Source: Betaproteobacteria bacterium (GTDB taxonomy: Bacteria; Pseudomonadota; Gammaproteobacteria; Burkholderiales; SG8-39). From it: a stretch of 54,101 bases of DNA. Each line of letters opens with the position of its first letter. The stretch's first letter is position 1. The stretch lies in the NCBI GenBank assembly GCA_016868105.1, contig VGIA01000003.1, positions 1 to 54,101 of the forward strand. The letters run 5' to 3'. A program made the position numbers and the translations under genes. A model generated the notes under the pieces. It had not been told where the DNA came from, ran no database searches, and saw only the letters and a list, made by a program, of their open reading frames with translations. Positions 18,436 to 27,929 of this stretch are shown piece by piece.

Positions 18436-19540
18436 CTACAGGCCTTGCTTCAGACTCGCGTTGATGTAGTCGTCCAGGTCCCCGTCCAGCACCTGCTGCG
18501 TGGCGCCCTTTTCCACCCCGGTGCGCAGGTCCTTGATGCGGGACTGGTCCAGCACGTAGCTGCGGATCTGGTGGCCCCATTCGATGTCGGTCTTGGTCGA
18601 TTCGAGCTTCGACTGCTCGGCGTTGAGCTTCTTGAGCTCCAGGTCGTAGAGGCGGGACTTCAGCAGCCCCATGCAGGTGGCGCGGTTGCGGTGCTGCGAG
18701 CGGTCGTTCTGGCTCTGCACCACGATGCCGGTGGGGATGTGGGTGATGCGCACCGCCGACTCGGTCTTGTTGACGTGCTGGCCGCCGGCGCCGGAGGCGC
18801 GGTAGACGTCCACGCGCAGGTCGGCCGGGTTGATGTCGACCTCGATCGACTCGTCCACCTCGGGGTAGACGAAGACGTTGGCGAACGAGGTGTGGCGCCG
18901 GGCGTTGCTGTCGAACGGCGACTTGCGCACCAGGCGGTGCACGCCGTTCTCGGTCCTCAGGTGGCCGTAGGCGTAGTCGCCCGCGATCTTCAGGGTCGCG
19001 CTTTTCACGCCGGCCACCTCGCCGTCGGTCTGCTCCAGGAGCTCGGCGCGGAAGCCCTTCTTGTCGCAGTACTTCAGGTACATGCGCAGCAGCATCGAGG
19101 CCCAGTCCTGCGCCTCGGTGCCCCCGGCGCCGGCCTGGATGTCGATGAAGCAGTGGTTCGGGTCCAGGGGGTTGGAGAACATGCGCCGGAACTCCAGCGC
19201 GGCGAGGTCCTTGGCCAGCGCCGCGGCGTCCTCGCCGACCCCGCCCAGGGTGGCCTCATCATTCTCGGCCTGCGCCAGGGCGAACAGCTCCTGCGCGTCG
19301 GCGAGGCCGCCGTCCACCCGCCTGAGGGTCGTGACCACGGCCTCCAGGGCTTTCTTTTCCTTGCCCAGTTCCTGCGCGCGCTGCGGGTTCTCCCACAGCC
19401 TGGGATCCTCGAGCTCCCGGTTCAGCGCCTCCAGGCGCCGTTCCTTCGCTTCGAAGTCAAAGATACCTCCGCAACTCGGCGGACCTGGCCTGCAGGTCGG
19501 CGAGCGTCGAGGCGATCTGGTTGAGGCGTTCCGGTTCCAT
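18436..19540 (-). CDS. prfB: Peptide chain release factor 2, with programmed +1 frameshift
   Basis: 27-codon first frame [10 protein letters not shown]...LRRYL ending at CTT TGA C (19462-19456); second frame has SPF and GGQ motifs. Confidence 0.97.
19456..19471 (-). promoter_or_regulatory. prfB autoregulatory frameshift signal
   Basis: CGGAGGTATCTTTGAC: internal SD followed by CTT-TGA-C. Confidence 0.95.
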
Positions 19541-19574
19541 CGTGCAAGACCGCAGACAAGCTGCGGTGCGCGGA

Positions 19575-19784
19575 TTATACCCGCCGCGCGGTGTATTCCT
19601 CGGCGATCTTGTCGTCGTAGAACGCGGTCGGGCTGGGCGCGGCCATGAAGCGCCTGTGCACCTCGGGGTAGACGCGCGCGTACTGGAACACCTGGCCGTT
19701 GGACAGCTCGATTTCCAGCGTCAGCGTCTTCTCGTCGTAGCCGACCGAGCGGATGCGGGAGGAGTTGACGCGCTTTCGTTCCAT
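19575..19784 (-). CDS. KTSC domain protein
   Basis: 69 aa; [12 protein letters not shown]...[16 protein letters not shown]...FMAAPS pattern. Confidence 0.88.
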   Translation of the reverse strand: MERKRVNSSRIRSVGYDEKTLTLEIELSNGQVFQYARVYPEVHRRFMAAPSPTAFYDDKIAEEYTARRV

Positions 19785-20152
19785 CAGGCCGCCGTCACCT
19801 TGATCTTCGCGCCCGAGCTGATTTTCGCCAGCACCTTGCAGTCCCCCAGCACCTTGCCGATCAGGTTACAGGGCGCGGCGAGCCTGGACCGGGCGTCGGT
19901 GGAGATGGGCGTGCGCCCGAAGGGCAGGGCGATGGCCTCGCCCTGGGTCCAGAAGCAGGCGGTGCCGGGCTCGACGGTCTGCTGCGCGTCGGGCTCGAGC
20001 TTTGCGCTCACCGGCGTCGAGAAATAGACCTCCTCGCCCCAGGTCTGCGCGGTGGACTCGAAGGGCAGGGCCGCGGCGAGCACCTTCGCCGTGGGCGTGT
20101 CGCGCAGCTCGATCTCCAGGCTGACCGAGCCGGATTCGACCTTGAGGCGCAT
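19784..20152 (-). CDS. Cyclophilin-like fold protein (DUF369/TM1367-like)
   Basis: DTPTA...[15 protein letters not shown]...[18 protein letters not shown] motif. Confidence 0.75.
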   Translation of the reverse strand: MRLKVESGSVSLEIELRDTPTAKVLAAALPFESTAQTWGEEVYFSTPVSAKLEPDAQQTVEPGTACFWTQGEAIALPFGRTPISTDARSRLAAPCNLIGKVLGDCKVLAKISSGAKIKVTAA

Positions 20153-21009
20153 TACTTCGCCAGGGCGGCGGCGGTCCAGGTGCCCTTGGTGCCGGGGCCC
20201 GCCACGGTGCCCTCCACGATCGCATCGCCCTTCACCGTGCCGCTGAACTGGTAGCTCTTGCCGCCCAGGCCGAGCCGGAAAGAGAGCCTCTCGCCGCGCA
20301 GTTTGCCCTCCTCGACCGAGAGGTCGCGGCCGCCGACGCGCACGGTGCCCGAGACGCGCGTCAGCTGCTGGCGCAGGCTGATGCGCACCGGCTCCTTGCT
20401 CACGGCGGCCGGCATGGCGGCGGTGTAGGCAGGGGCCACCTTCGCCGGCACCAGGTAGAGGTAGATCAGCGTGGTGGTGACCCCGCTGATGGCGATCTTG
20501 TCCTCCAGGTCCATCTGCACGTAGCGCTCCGGGATCCAGCCCGACAGGGGATAGTCGTGCGACAGGATCTTGGTGCCCGGCCGCAACTCGGCCAGGAGCT
20601 TGTCCTTGAGCATGTTGACCGTGTTGGGCAGCAGGTACATGGTGAGCACCGTGGCCTTCGAGATGTCGGTCTTGAACAGGTCCGCGGTGATGAACTTGAC
20701 GCGGTCGGCCACGCCCTGGAGCCGGGCCGCCTCGTTGGACTCCTTCACCAGGTTGTCCTTGATCTCGACGCCGAAGCCGCTGGCGCCAAACACCGTGGCG
20801 GCGGTGAGCACGATGCGGCCGTCGCCGGAACCGAGGTCGATGACGAAGTCCCTGGGCCCGACGTCGGCGATCTTGAGCATGTCCGCGACCACGCTCTGCG
20901 GCGAGGGCACGTAGGGGCCGGCGTCGATCGGCGCCTTGTCCTTCGCCTGGGCATGGGCGCCGCCGGCGGCGAGCGCCGCGGCCAGTGCGAGGAATCGGAG
21001 GGTTCTCAT
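20152..21009 (-). CDS. Class I SAM-dependent methyltransferase with N-terminal signal peptide
   Basis: MRTLRFLALAAALAAGGAHA|Q signal; PYVPSP, IDLGSGDGRIV, GVEI, MYLL, SHDY motifs; beta-rich C-terminal domain. Confidence 0.88.
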   Translation of the reverse strand: MRTLRFLALAAALAAGGAHAQAKDKAPIDAGPYVPSPQSVVADMLKIADVGPRDFVIDLGSGDGRIVLTAATVFGASGFGVEIKDNLVKESNEAARLQGVADRVKFITADLFKTDISKATVLTMYLLPNTVNMLKDKLLAELRPGTKILSHDYPLSGWIPERYVQMDLEDKIAISGVTTTLIYLYLVPAKVAPAYTAAMPAAVSKEPVRISLRQQLTRVSGTVRVGGRDLSVEEGKLRGERLSFRLGLGGKSYQFSGTVKGDAIVEGTVAGPGTKGTWTAAALAK

Positions 21010-22712
21010 TCGGTGTGCTCCACGGTGAGTTGCACGGTTTTCATGCCGTTGAATTCGTTGACGCCGATGCGGTAGGCGGCGCGGAAGGTGGCGGGCAGGA
21101 ATGCCGGGGAATTGAACCGCATGGCCTGCATGCGTCGACCATCCCCGGATGACCCTGAAATGCGCAGTCTTAGCTTCAAGTGCCGCTCGCCGACGACGCG
21201 CTGGCTTTCGACCGCGAATGTAGCGCAGAAGAGGGGTGGCGGAAAGCCCTGGCCCCAGATCTGGGCTTCCAGCAGTTGCGCCACTTCCAGGCTGTGGTAG
21301 GCGGGCTCGAGCTCGCCGTCGGTCTCCACCACGCGCAGCCGCGCCGCCTCGGGCAGGAGCCCCGCCGCGGTGTCCTCGAACAACTCGCGCAAGCGGGGCA
21401 GGTCCTTTTCCTGGATCGTGAGGCCCGCGGCCTGGGCATGGCCGCCGAAGCGCAGGATCAGGCCCGGGGCGCGCTTGGCCACCAGGTCCAGGCAGTCGCG
21501 CAGGTGCAGCGTCGGGATGGAACGGCCGGAGCCGCGCAACTGGCCGTTGCCCGCCGGCGCGAAGCAAAGCGTCGGCCGGTGCGCCTTCTCGCGCACGCGC
21601 GAGGCGATCAGCCCCACCACGCCCTGGTGCCACGCCGGATCGAACAGGGTGATCGTCGTGCCGGCGTCCTCGCCCAGACCGGCCTGGTCCTGCAGCGCCG
21701 CCAGGGCCTGCTCCAGCATGCCGCCCTCGATCCGGCGCCGCTCGCGGTTCAGCTGGTCGAGCTCGCGCGCGCAGTTCGCGGCGCGCGACGGATCGTCCGT
21801 CACCAGGCACTCGATCCCCAGGCCCATGTCCGCCAGCCTCCCGGCGGCATTCAGGCGCGGGCCGATGACGAAGCCCAGGTCGAAGCAGCTCGCGCGCGAG
21901 GCATCGCCCCCGCCGGCCGCCAGCAGCGCGGCGATGCCGGGCCTGGCGCCGCCCGCGCGCAGGCGTTTCAGCCCCTGCGCGACCAGGATGCGGTTGTTCG
22001 CATCGAGCGGCACCACATCGGCGATCGTGCCCAGCGCCACCAGGTCGGTGAGCGCGGCGAGGTTGGGCTCGGCGCCGGCGGCAAAGGCGCCGCGCTTCCT
22101 CAGCTCGGCGCGCAACGCCAGCATGACGTAGAACATCACGCCGACGCCGGCGATGGTCTTCGACGGGAACGGGCAGCCGGGCTGGTTCGGGTTGACGATG
22201 CAGTCGGCCTCCGGCAGCGCCTCGCCCGGCAGGTGGTGGTCGGTGATGAGGGTGCCGATGCCCAGTTTCCTCGCCCGCGCCACGCCCTCGAGGCTGGCGA
22301 TGCCGTTGTCCACCGTGATGAGCAGGTCGGGGCCGCGCTCGGCGGCGAGCTCCACCAGCTCGGGGGACAGGCCGTAGCCCAGCGCGACCCGGTCCGGCAC
22401 GATGTAGTCCACCTTCGCGCCCATCTGGCGCAGCGCGCGCACGCCCACCGCGCAGGCGGTGGCGCCGTCGGCATCGTAGTCGGCGACGATGAGCAGGCGC
22501 TTGCCGGCGGCGATGGCCTCGGCCAGCAGCGCCGCGGCGCGCTCGCAGTTGAGCAGCTGCGACGGCGCGATCAGGTTCTCGAACCTGTTGGCTGTTTCCG
22601 CGGCCGACCCGATGCGGCGCGCGGCGTACAGCCGCGCGAGCAGCGGGTGCAGGCCGGCCTGCTCCAGCTTCTCGCGGGCGGCGGCGGGCGCGCGGCGCTC
22701 GGCGATCTTCAT
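21006..22712 (-). CDS. recJ: Single-stranded DNA exonuclease RecJ
   Basis: DYDADG, TVDNG, TDHH, GPRLNAAGRL, GSGRS, GGHAQAAG. Confidence 0.97.
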   Translation of the reverse strand: MKIAERRAPAAAREKLEQAGLHPLLARLYAARRIGSAAETANRFENLIAPSQLLNCERAAALLAEAIAAGKRLLIVADYDADGATACAVGVRALRQMGAKVDYIVPDRVALGYGLSPELVELAAERGPDLLITVDNGIASLEGVARARKLGIGTLITDHHLPGEALPEADCIVNPNQPGCPFPSKTIAGVGVMFYVMLALRAELRKRGAFAAGAEPNLAALTDLVALGTIADVVPLDANNRILVAQGLKRLRAGGARPGIAALLAAGGGDASRASCFDLGFVIGPRLNAAGRLADMGLGIECLVTDDPSRAANCARELDQLNRERRRIEGGMLEQALAALQDQAGLGEDAGTTITLFDPAWHQGVVGLIASRVREKAHRPTLCFAPAGNGQLRGSGRSIPTLHLRDCLDLVAKRAPGLILRFGGHAQAAGLTIQEKDLPRLRELFEDTAAGLLPEAARLRVVETDGELEPAYHSLEVAQLLEAQIWGQGFPPPLFCATFAVESQRVVGERHLKLRLRISGSSGDGRRMQAMRFNSPAFLPATFRAAYRIGVNEFNGMKTVQLTVEHTE

Positions 22713-23692
22713 GCCGCGTAGGCCTTGAGCGGCCTTGCCCGGCGCCAGAACTTTCGCAGGTCGCCGCGCACGGTCTCGACCGACAGGCCGGCCTCCGGCG
22801 CGTGCACCGTCACCATGCCCAGGCGGTCGGACTGCAGCGCCGCGAGCAGCGGCGCGAACCAGCCCGCCTCCATCGCCTCGAGGCGCGCGCCGAGGGCCTC
22901 GCCGTCGCCCAGCGCGCTGGCCGTGGCCAGCTGCTCGAGCAGGAGCAGGTGCCGGCCATCACGCGGCATTCGACCCAGCCATTCGCCGGCGCCGGCGGGC
23001 AGCGAGCGATGCCGCATGCCGCCCAGCTTGGCCAGGCCCAGCGCGACCGGATCGTCCGCGGTCACCGATTGCCAGGGACCTTCGGCCTTGCGGGGCAAGC
23101 CCCCGGCGCCCCAGAACCAGAGGCTGTTCAACGGCACCTCGCGCGCTTCGTTGACCGGGTGTGCGTGCAGCAGCATCTGGACTTCGTTCAGCGTCGCATG
23201 CCAGCGCGCCGCATCCGCGCCCGCGGGCAGGTTCGCATTGACGTCCTGACCGGCGAGTTCCATTGGCGAGCGCGCCTCAAGATGCACATCGCCCTTCGCG
23301 CGCAGCGCCCAGGACGCGGGCGAGACGGCGTGCACGCGGAACGAGGCGCCGAAATGCCGGTTTACCGCCTCCGTGATCGCCGCCGCCTCCGCCTGCGACA
23401 GGCCGAAGCCCGCGGCCGGGACGAGCAGCATGGAATCGCGCAGCAACTGCAGGTGCACCGGGTCGGCGCGCAGCCACGAGTCCTCGCCCGGTTCCAGGCC
23501 GCCGGCCAACGCGGTGAGCGCACCCGCGGGCAGGGGCGCCTCGCCAAGGCCGAACGCGCGCGCGAGCCAGCCCGCCGGCGCAAGCGGCTCGTGGTGCGTC
23601 CGGCGCCCGCGCGCGAGCAGCCGTTCCAGCGCCGGGTGGCGGGAATCGCCGCCTGCCGCGAACAGCCCCGGCGCCACGATCTCGACGTGCAT
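22709..23692 (-). CDS. Conserved hypothetical protein upstream of recJ (often labelled phosphoglycerate mutase-like)
   Basis: WLRADPVHL and NEVQMLLHAHPVNEARE...NSLWFWG motifs; coupled to both neighbours. Confidence 0.75.
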   Translation of the reverse strand: MHVEIVAPGLFAAGGDSRHPALERLLARGRRTHHEPLAPAGWLARAFGLGEAPLPAGALTALAGGLEPGEDSWLRADPVHLQLLRDSMLLVPAAGFGLSQAEAAAITEAVNRHFGASFRVHAVSPASWALRAKGDVHLEARSPMELAGQDVNANLPAGADAARWHATLNEVQMLLHAHPVNEAREVPLNSLWFWGAGGLPRKAEGPWQSVTADDPVALGLAKLGGMRHRSLPAGAGEWLGRMPRDGRHLLLLEQLATASALGDGEALGARLEAMEAGWFAPLLAALQSDRLGMVTVHAPEAGLSVETVRGDLRKFWRRARPLKAYAA

Positions 23693-25098
23693 CAGCCAAG
23701 CTCGACGAGGCGGGCCCCGCCCCCCGCCCGGCTGCCAGCGAGGTGACGGGACAGGATGCGGTACTGGTCGAGGTCGAAGCGCGGCCGGCGCGCGCCCTGC
23801 AGCAGGTCCGCGACCTCGGCGTCGTCCCTTGCGGTCCCCAGCCAGCACCACTGGTGGATGACGTGGACCTCGGTCGCGTCGCGCTCGCGGTCCTGCTCAA
23901 TGACGCCGATCGGCCCGCGCCAGGGCCAGGCGATGCGCTTCAGGCGCGCGAGCGCCGCCGCCAGCCGTCCCTGGTGCGCCGCGGCACTGTCCTTGCCGGC
24001 GCACAGGCCGGCGCAGCGCCGGATCTGGTGGCGGAAGCAGGCGCCGCCGCCCCCCTTGGCGCGCTCGATGCCGAGCGCCTGCAGGCACAGCCCGTTCTCG
24101 TCCGCGATGCCGCGCAGCGCCTCCAGGGCCGCGCGCCTGGTGCGGAACACGCCGTGCAGTTCGCCGACGGTCCCGGCGTCGATCTGCTCGCCGCGCGCCA
24201 GGCGCAGGCCCTGCGGCAGCAGCACGAAGCCGCACAAGTCGCTGGCGCGGCGCAGTTGGCGGTTGAACACCGGCAGCAGGTCCTTCACCAGCCGGGATTC
24301 CAGCAGCAGTGCGCCCAGCTCGCCGCAGGTGCGGCGCCACTCGATGCGCCGCACCCCGCGCGCAAGCTGCATCGCCTTGGCCGAGCGCAGGTCGGCGGCG
24401 AAGTGGGACAGGACGCGGCTGCGCATCTCGATGCTTTTTCCCACGTACAGCGGCGCGTCGCCCTCGCCGTAGAACAGGTAGACCCCCGGCGTCTCGGGGA
24501 TGGCGTCCACGAGGTCGCGAGAGATGTGCGGCGGCAGCGCCGGCAGCTTCGACACCGCCTTGGCCGCCTCCACAACCGCCTCGGCGCCGCGCTCCTGGGC
24601 AGCCACGCGCAGGAACTGCCACACCGCCTGCGCGTCGCCCATGGCGCGGTGGCGGGCGCTGCAGGCGAGGTTATGGCGCGCGATCAGGCTGTCCAGGTTG
24701 TGGCGCGGGTGCTCCGGATACAGGCGCCGCGACAGCTTCACCGTGCACAGGGTGCGCGCCTGGAACTTCAGGCCGGCGCGCTCGAACTCCTGGCGCAGGA
24801 ACCCGTAGTCGAAGCGCGCGTTGTGGGCGACCAACACCCGACCCTCGAGGCGCTCCAAGAGCGAGGCGGCGAGGTCCTCGAAGTCCGGGGCATCGGCCAC
24901 CATGTCGTTGGTGATCCCGGTCAGCGCCTGGATCGCGGGCGGAATGCCGGTGCCCGGATTGACCAGCGTGGACCACTCCGAAGTGACCCTGCCGCCGTCC
25001 ACCTCCACCACCGCAATCTCGGTGATGCGGTCCCAGGACGCATGTGCGCCGGTGGTCTCCAGGTCGACGATGGCGAGCGGGGCCTCCAGCAGCATCAC
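23692..25098 (-). CDS. DEDDh 3'-5' exonuclease (DnaQ-like) fused to GIY-YIG/UvrC-like endonuclease
   Basis: VDLETTG, AHNARFD, HRAMGD; PGVYLFYG...LYVGKS...RSRVLSHF; Cys cluster CFRHQIRRCAGLC. Confidence 0.88.
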   Translation of the reverse strand: MMLLEAPLAIVDLETTGAHASWDRITEIAVVEVDGGRVTSEWSTLVNPGTGIPPAIQALTGITNDMVADAPDFEDLAASLLERLEGRVLVAHNARFDYGFLRQEFERAGLKFQARTLCTVKLSRRLYPEHPRHNLDSLIARHNLACSARHRAMGDAQAVWQFLRVAAQERGAEAVVEAAKAVSKLPALPPHISRDLVDAIPETPGVYLFYGEGDAPLYVGKSIEMRSRVLSHFAADLRSAKAMQLARGVRRIEWRRTCGELGALLLESRLVKDLLPVFNRQLRRASDLCGFVLLPQGLRLARGEQIDAGTVGELHGVFRTRRAALEALRGIADENGLCLQALGIERAKGGGGACFRHQIRRCAGLCAGKDSAAAHQGRLAAALARLKRIAWPWRGPIGVIEQDRERDATEVHVIHQWCWLGTARDDAEVADLLQGARRPRFDLDQYRILSRHLAGSRAGGGARLVELG

Positions 25099-25113
25099 GG
25101 CTCGACCGTGGGC

Positions 25114-26064
25114 CTACTGCAGCCTCACGTTCGCGGCCTTGATGACACGAGCCCACTTCGCGGTGTCCGCCAGCATACGCTCGGTGAACTGCTGCGGCGT
25201 GCTGCCCACCGGCTCGGCACCCACCTGCGCGAAGCGCTCGCGCAGGTCCGGCGCGGCGAGCGAGGCGACCACATCGGCCTGCACGCGGGCGAGGGCCGCG
25301 GCCGGCGTGCCCGCCGGCGCGAACATGCCGAACCAGGTGTAAGTGTCGTACTCGGTCATGCCGATCTCGGCGAAGGTCGGCACCTCGGGCAGCAGCTGCG
25401 AGCGCGCAGGCGCGTTGACCGCGATCGGCCGTACCTTGTTCGAGCGCACGTGCGGCATCACGCTCGCCAGGCTGTCGAACAGCATGGCGATGTTGCCGTT
25501 GGCCACGTCCGGGATCGCCAGCGCGGTGCCCTTGTACGGCACGTGCAGCAGGTCGATGCCGGCGATCATCTTGAACAGCTCGCCGTTCAGGTGGACGATG
25601 GTGCCCACGCCGCTGGAGGCGAAATTGAGCTGGCCGGGCCTGGATTTCGCCAGCGCGACGAACTCCTTCACGTCCTTCGCCGGCAGGGCGGGGCTCAGCA
25701 CCAGCACGTTGGGGACGTTGGCGACATGCGTGATGGCCGCGAAGTCCCTGATCGGGTCGTAGGGCAGCTTCTGCAGCGAAGGCCCGATGGAATGCGTGCT
25801 GGAGGTGGCCATCAGCAGCGTGTGGCCGTCAGGCACGCTCTTGGCGACGATGTCCGAGCCGATGGAGCCGCCGGCGCCGGGCTTGTTCTCGACCACCACC
25901 GACTGGCCGAGGCGCTCGCCCAGCTTCTGCGCCACGATGCGGCCGACGATATCGGTGGCGCCGGCGGGCGGGAAGGGCACGATCAGCTTGATCGGCCGGT
26001 TGGGGTACTGGGCCAGCGCGGAGCCGGCGGCGAGGGCAAAGGCAAGGGCGAGGAGGAAACGCAT
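25114..26064 (-). CDS. Bug/TctC tripartite tricarboxylate transporter substrate-binding protein
   Basis: Signal peptide; YPNRPIKLIVPFPPAGATD, VENKPGAGG, HVPYKG. Confidence 0.93.
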   Translation of the reverse strand: MRFLLALAFALAAGSALAQYPNRPIKLIVPFPPAGATDIVGRIVAQKLGERLGQSVVVENKPGAGGSIGSDIVAKSVPDGHTLLMATSSTHSIGPSLQKLPYDPIRDFAAITHVANVPNVLVLSPALPAKDVKEFVALAKSRPGQLNFASSGVGTIVHLNGELFKMIAGIDLLHVPYKGTALAIPDVANGNIAMLFDSLASVMPHVRSNKVRPIAVNAPARSQLLPEVPTFAEIGMTEYDTYTWFGMFAPAGTPAAALARVQADVVASLAAPDLRERFAQVGAEPVGSTPQQFTERMLADTAKWARVIKAANVRLQ

Positions 26065-26185
26065 CAGGGCTCCGGTGGATATCCGTTCAGTGCGGCACTA
26101 TAGCGCCGCGGGCGGTTTCAGAACAGCTGCCCCGCCGGCCGGCTCGAGCGCAAGCAGCCCGAGCGGCAAGCGGGACCGGTTCGAT

Positions 26186-26653
26186 TCATCCACGCGATGC
26201 CTCTATCAGGTCTGCGGCGGACAGGTTGTGGATGCGCCCGAAGCCGGCCACGAAGCGCGCCTCGCGCGGCGCGATGCGCCAGAACGAGAAGTCGGCCAGC
26301 CCGAAGTTGATCGCCTGCTCCGGGAAGCGCGCGAGCCAGGCGGCCTTGAGCGAATCGAAGCCTGCGCCTTCGTTCGGCAGCTGGACCGCGTCGCCGCCGA
26401 TGGTGACGCGCATCAGCGTGAACGGGTCGGCGCGGCCGTCGTCGGCCTGGGCGATGGAAAGCGCCACGCGCGGGTCGGCGGCCATGTCCTGGGTGTGCCA
26501 GGCGAGGCGGCTGACGTGGACATGGAAAGCGGAGAAGTCGGGCGCGGGAAGGTAGAGGGTCATCGAGGCCATGGGGGCGCCCTGGCGCAGGGTGGCCAGG
26601 TGCGCGATGCGCTCTTGGGCGAGCAGGTCGCGCAACAGGGCGTCGGCATCCAT
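26186..26653 (-). CDS. Pyridoxamine 5'-phosphate oxidase-like (HugZ/HutZ-type split barrel) protein
   Basis: LATL, SRLAWHT...DPRVAL, LADFSFWR...RFVAGFG. Confidence 0.82.
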   Translation of the reverse strand: MDADALLRDLLAQERIAHLATLRQGAPMASMTLYLPAPDFSAFHVHVSRLAWHTQDMAADPRVALSIAQADDGRADPFTLMRVTIGGDAVQLPNEGAGFDSLKAAWLARFPEQAINFGLADFSFWRIAPREARFVAGFGRIHNLSAADLIEASRG

Positions 26654-26687
26654 GCAGTGGATTGTAGTATCGAGTATTCTCGCCCGC

Positions 26688-27929
26688 GTGCGCTACGAAC
26701 TGCTCGTCGGCCTGCGCTACACCCGCGCCAAGCGCCGCAATCACTTCATCAGCTTCATCTCCCTGATCTCGATGGCGGGCATCGCGCTCGGGGTCGCGGC
26801 GCTGATCGTGGTGCTCTCGGTGATGAACGGCTTCCAGAAGGAGGTGCGCGCGCGCATCCTCGGGGTGGCCGCGCACGTGCAAGTCTCGGGGCCGGGCGGG
26901 AAGCTCGCCGACTGGGCCGGCGTGGCGGCGGCCTCGCTCAAGGACAAGCGGGTGCAGGCGGCAGCGCCGTTCGTCAACGCGCAGGGGCTGCTCTCCAGCG
27001 GCGAGGCGGTGCGCGGCGCGATCGTGCGCGGGGTGCTGCCGGATGCCGAGGACAAGGTGGCCGACATCGGCCGGCACATGCGCTCGGGCAAGCTGGAGGC
27101 GCTCCAGGCCGGGGAGTTCGGCATCGTGCTCGGCGTTGACATGGCGCGCAGCCTGCGCGCGCTCGCGGGCGACAAGGTGGTGCTGATCGCGCCGCAGGGC
27201 CAGGTGACCCCGGCGGGCCTGATCCCGCGCCTGAAGCAGTTCACCGTGGTGGGCGTGTTCGAGGTCGGCATGCACGAGTACGACGCCGGTCTCGCACTGG
27301 TGCACCTGGAGGACGCGCAGAAGCTGTACCAGATGGGGGAGTCGGTCTCCGGGGTGCGCCTGAAGCTCGCGGACCTGTTCGAGGCGCGCGCGGTGGCCGC
27401 GGACCTGCGCGCGGGCCTGGGGCCGGAGGCCCTCGCCACCGACTGGACGCGCAGCCACGCCAACTACTTCCGCGCTGTGGAGATCGAGAAGCGCATGATG
27501 TCCATCATCCTGACGCTGATCGTGGCGGTGGCGGCGTTCAACATCGTCTCCACGCTGGTGATGCTGGTCACCGACAAGCAGTCCGACATCGCGATCCTGA
27601 GGACGCTGGGGGCCTCGCCCGGTTCCATCGTGCAGATCTTCATCGTGCAGGGCTCGCTGATCGGCGTCATCGGCATGGTCGCCGGCGTCGCCGGGGGCGT
27701 GCTGCTGGGCTGGAACGTGGACGTGGTGGTGCCCTTCATCGAGAACCTGCTCGGCTTCAAGTTCCTCGCCAAGGACGTCTACTACATCTCGGACCTGCCC
27801 TCGGAGGTGCAGACGGCGGACGTAACCACGGTGGCGCTGGTGTCGCTCACGCTGTCGTTCCTCGCCACGCTGTACCCGAGCTGGCGCGCCTCGCGCATCA
27901 ACCCGGCCGAGGCGCTGCGCTATGAGTGA
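26688..27929 (+). CDS. lolC: Lipoprotein-releasing ABC transporter permease LolC/E
   Basis: [41 protein letters not shown]; GTG start at 26688. Confidence 0.93.
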   Translation: MRYELLVGLRYTRAKRRNHFISFISLISMAGIALGVAALIVVLSVMNGFQKEVRARILGVAAHVQVSGPGGKLADWAGVAAASLKDKRVQAAAPFVNAQGLLSSGEAVRGAIVRGVLPDAEDKVADIGRHMRSGKLEALQAGEFGIVLGVDMARSLRALAGDKVVLIAPQGQVTPAGLIPRLKQFTVVGVFEVGMHEYDAGLALVHLEDAQKLYQMGESVSGVRLKLADLFEARAVAADLRAGLGPEALATDWTRSHANYFRAVEIEKRMMSIILTLIVAVAAFNIVSTLVMLVTDKQSDIAILRTLGASPGSIVQIFIVQGSLIGVIGMVAGVAGGVLLGWNVDVVVPFIENLLGFKFLAKDVYYISDLPSEVQTADVTTVALVSLTLSFLATLYPSWRASRINPAEALRYE

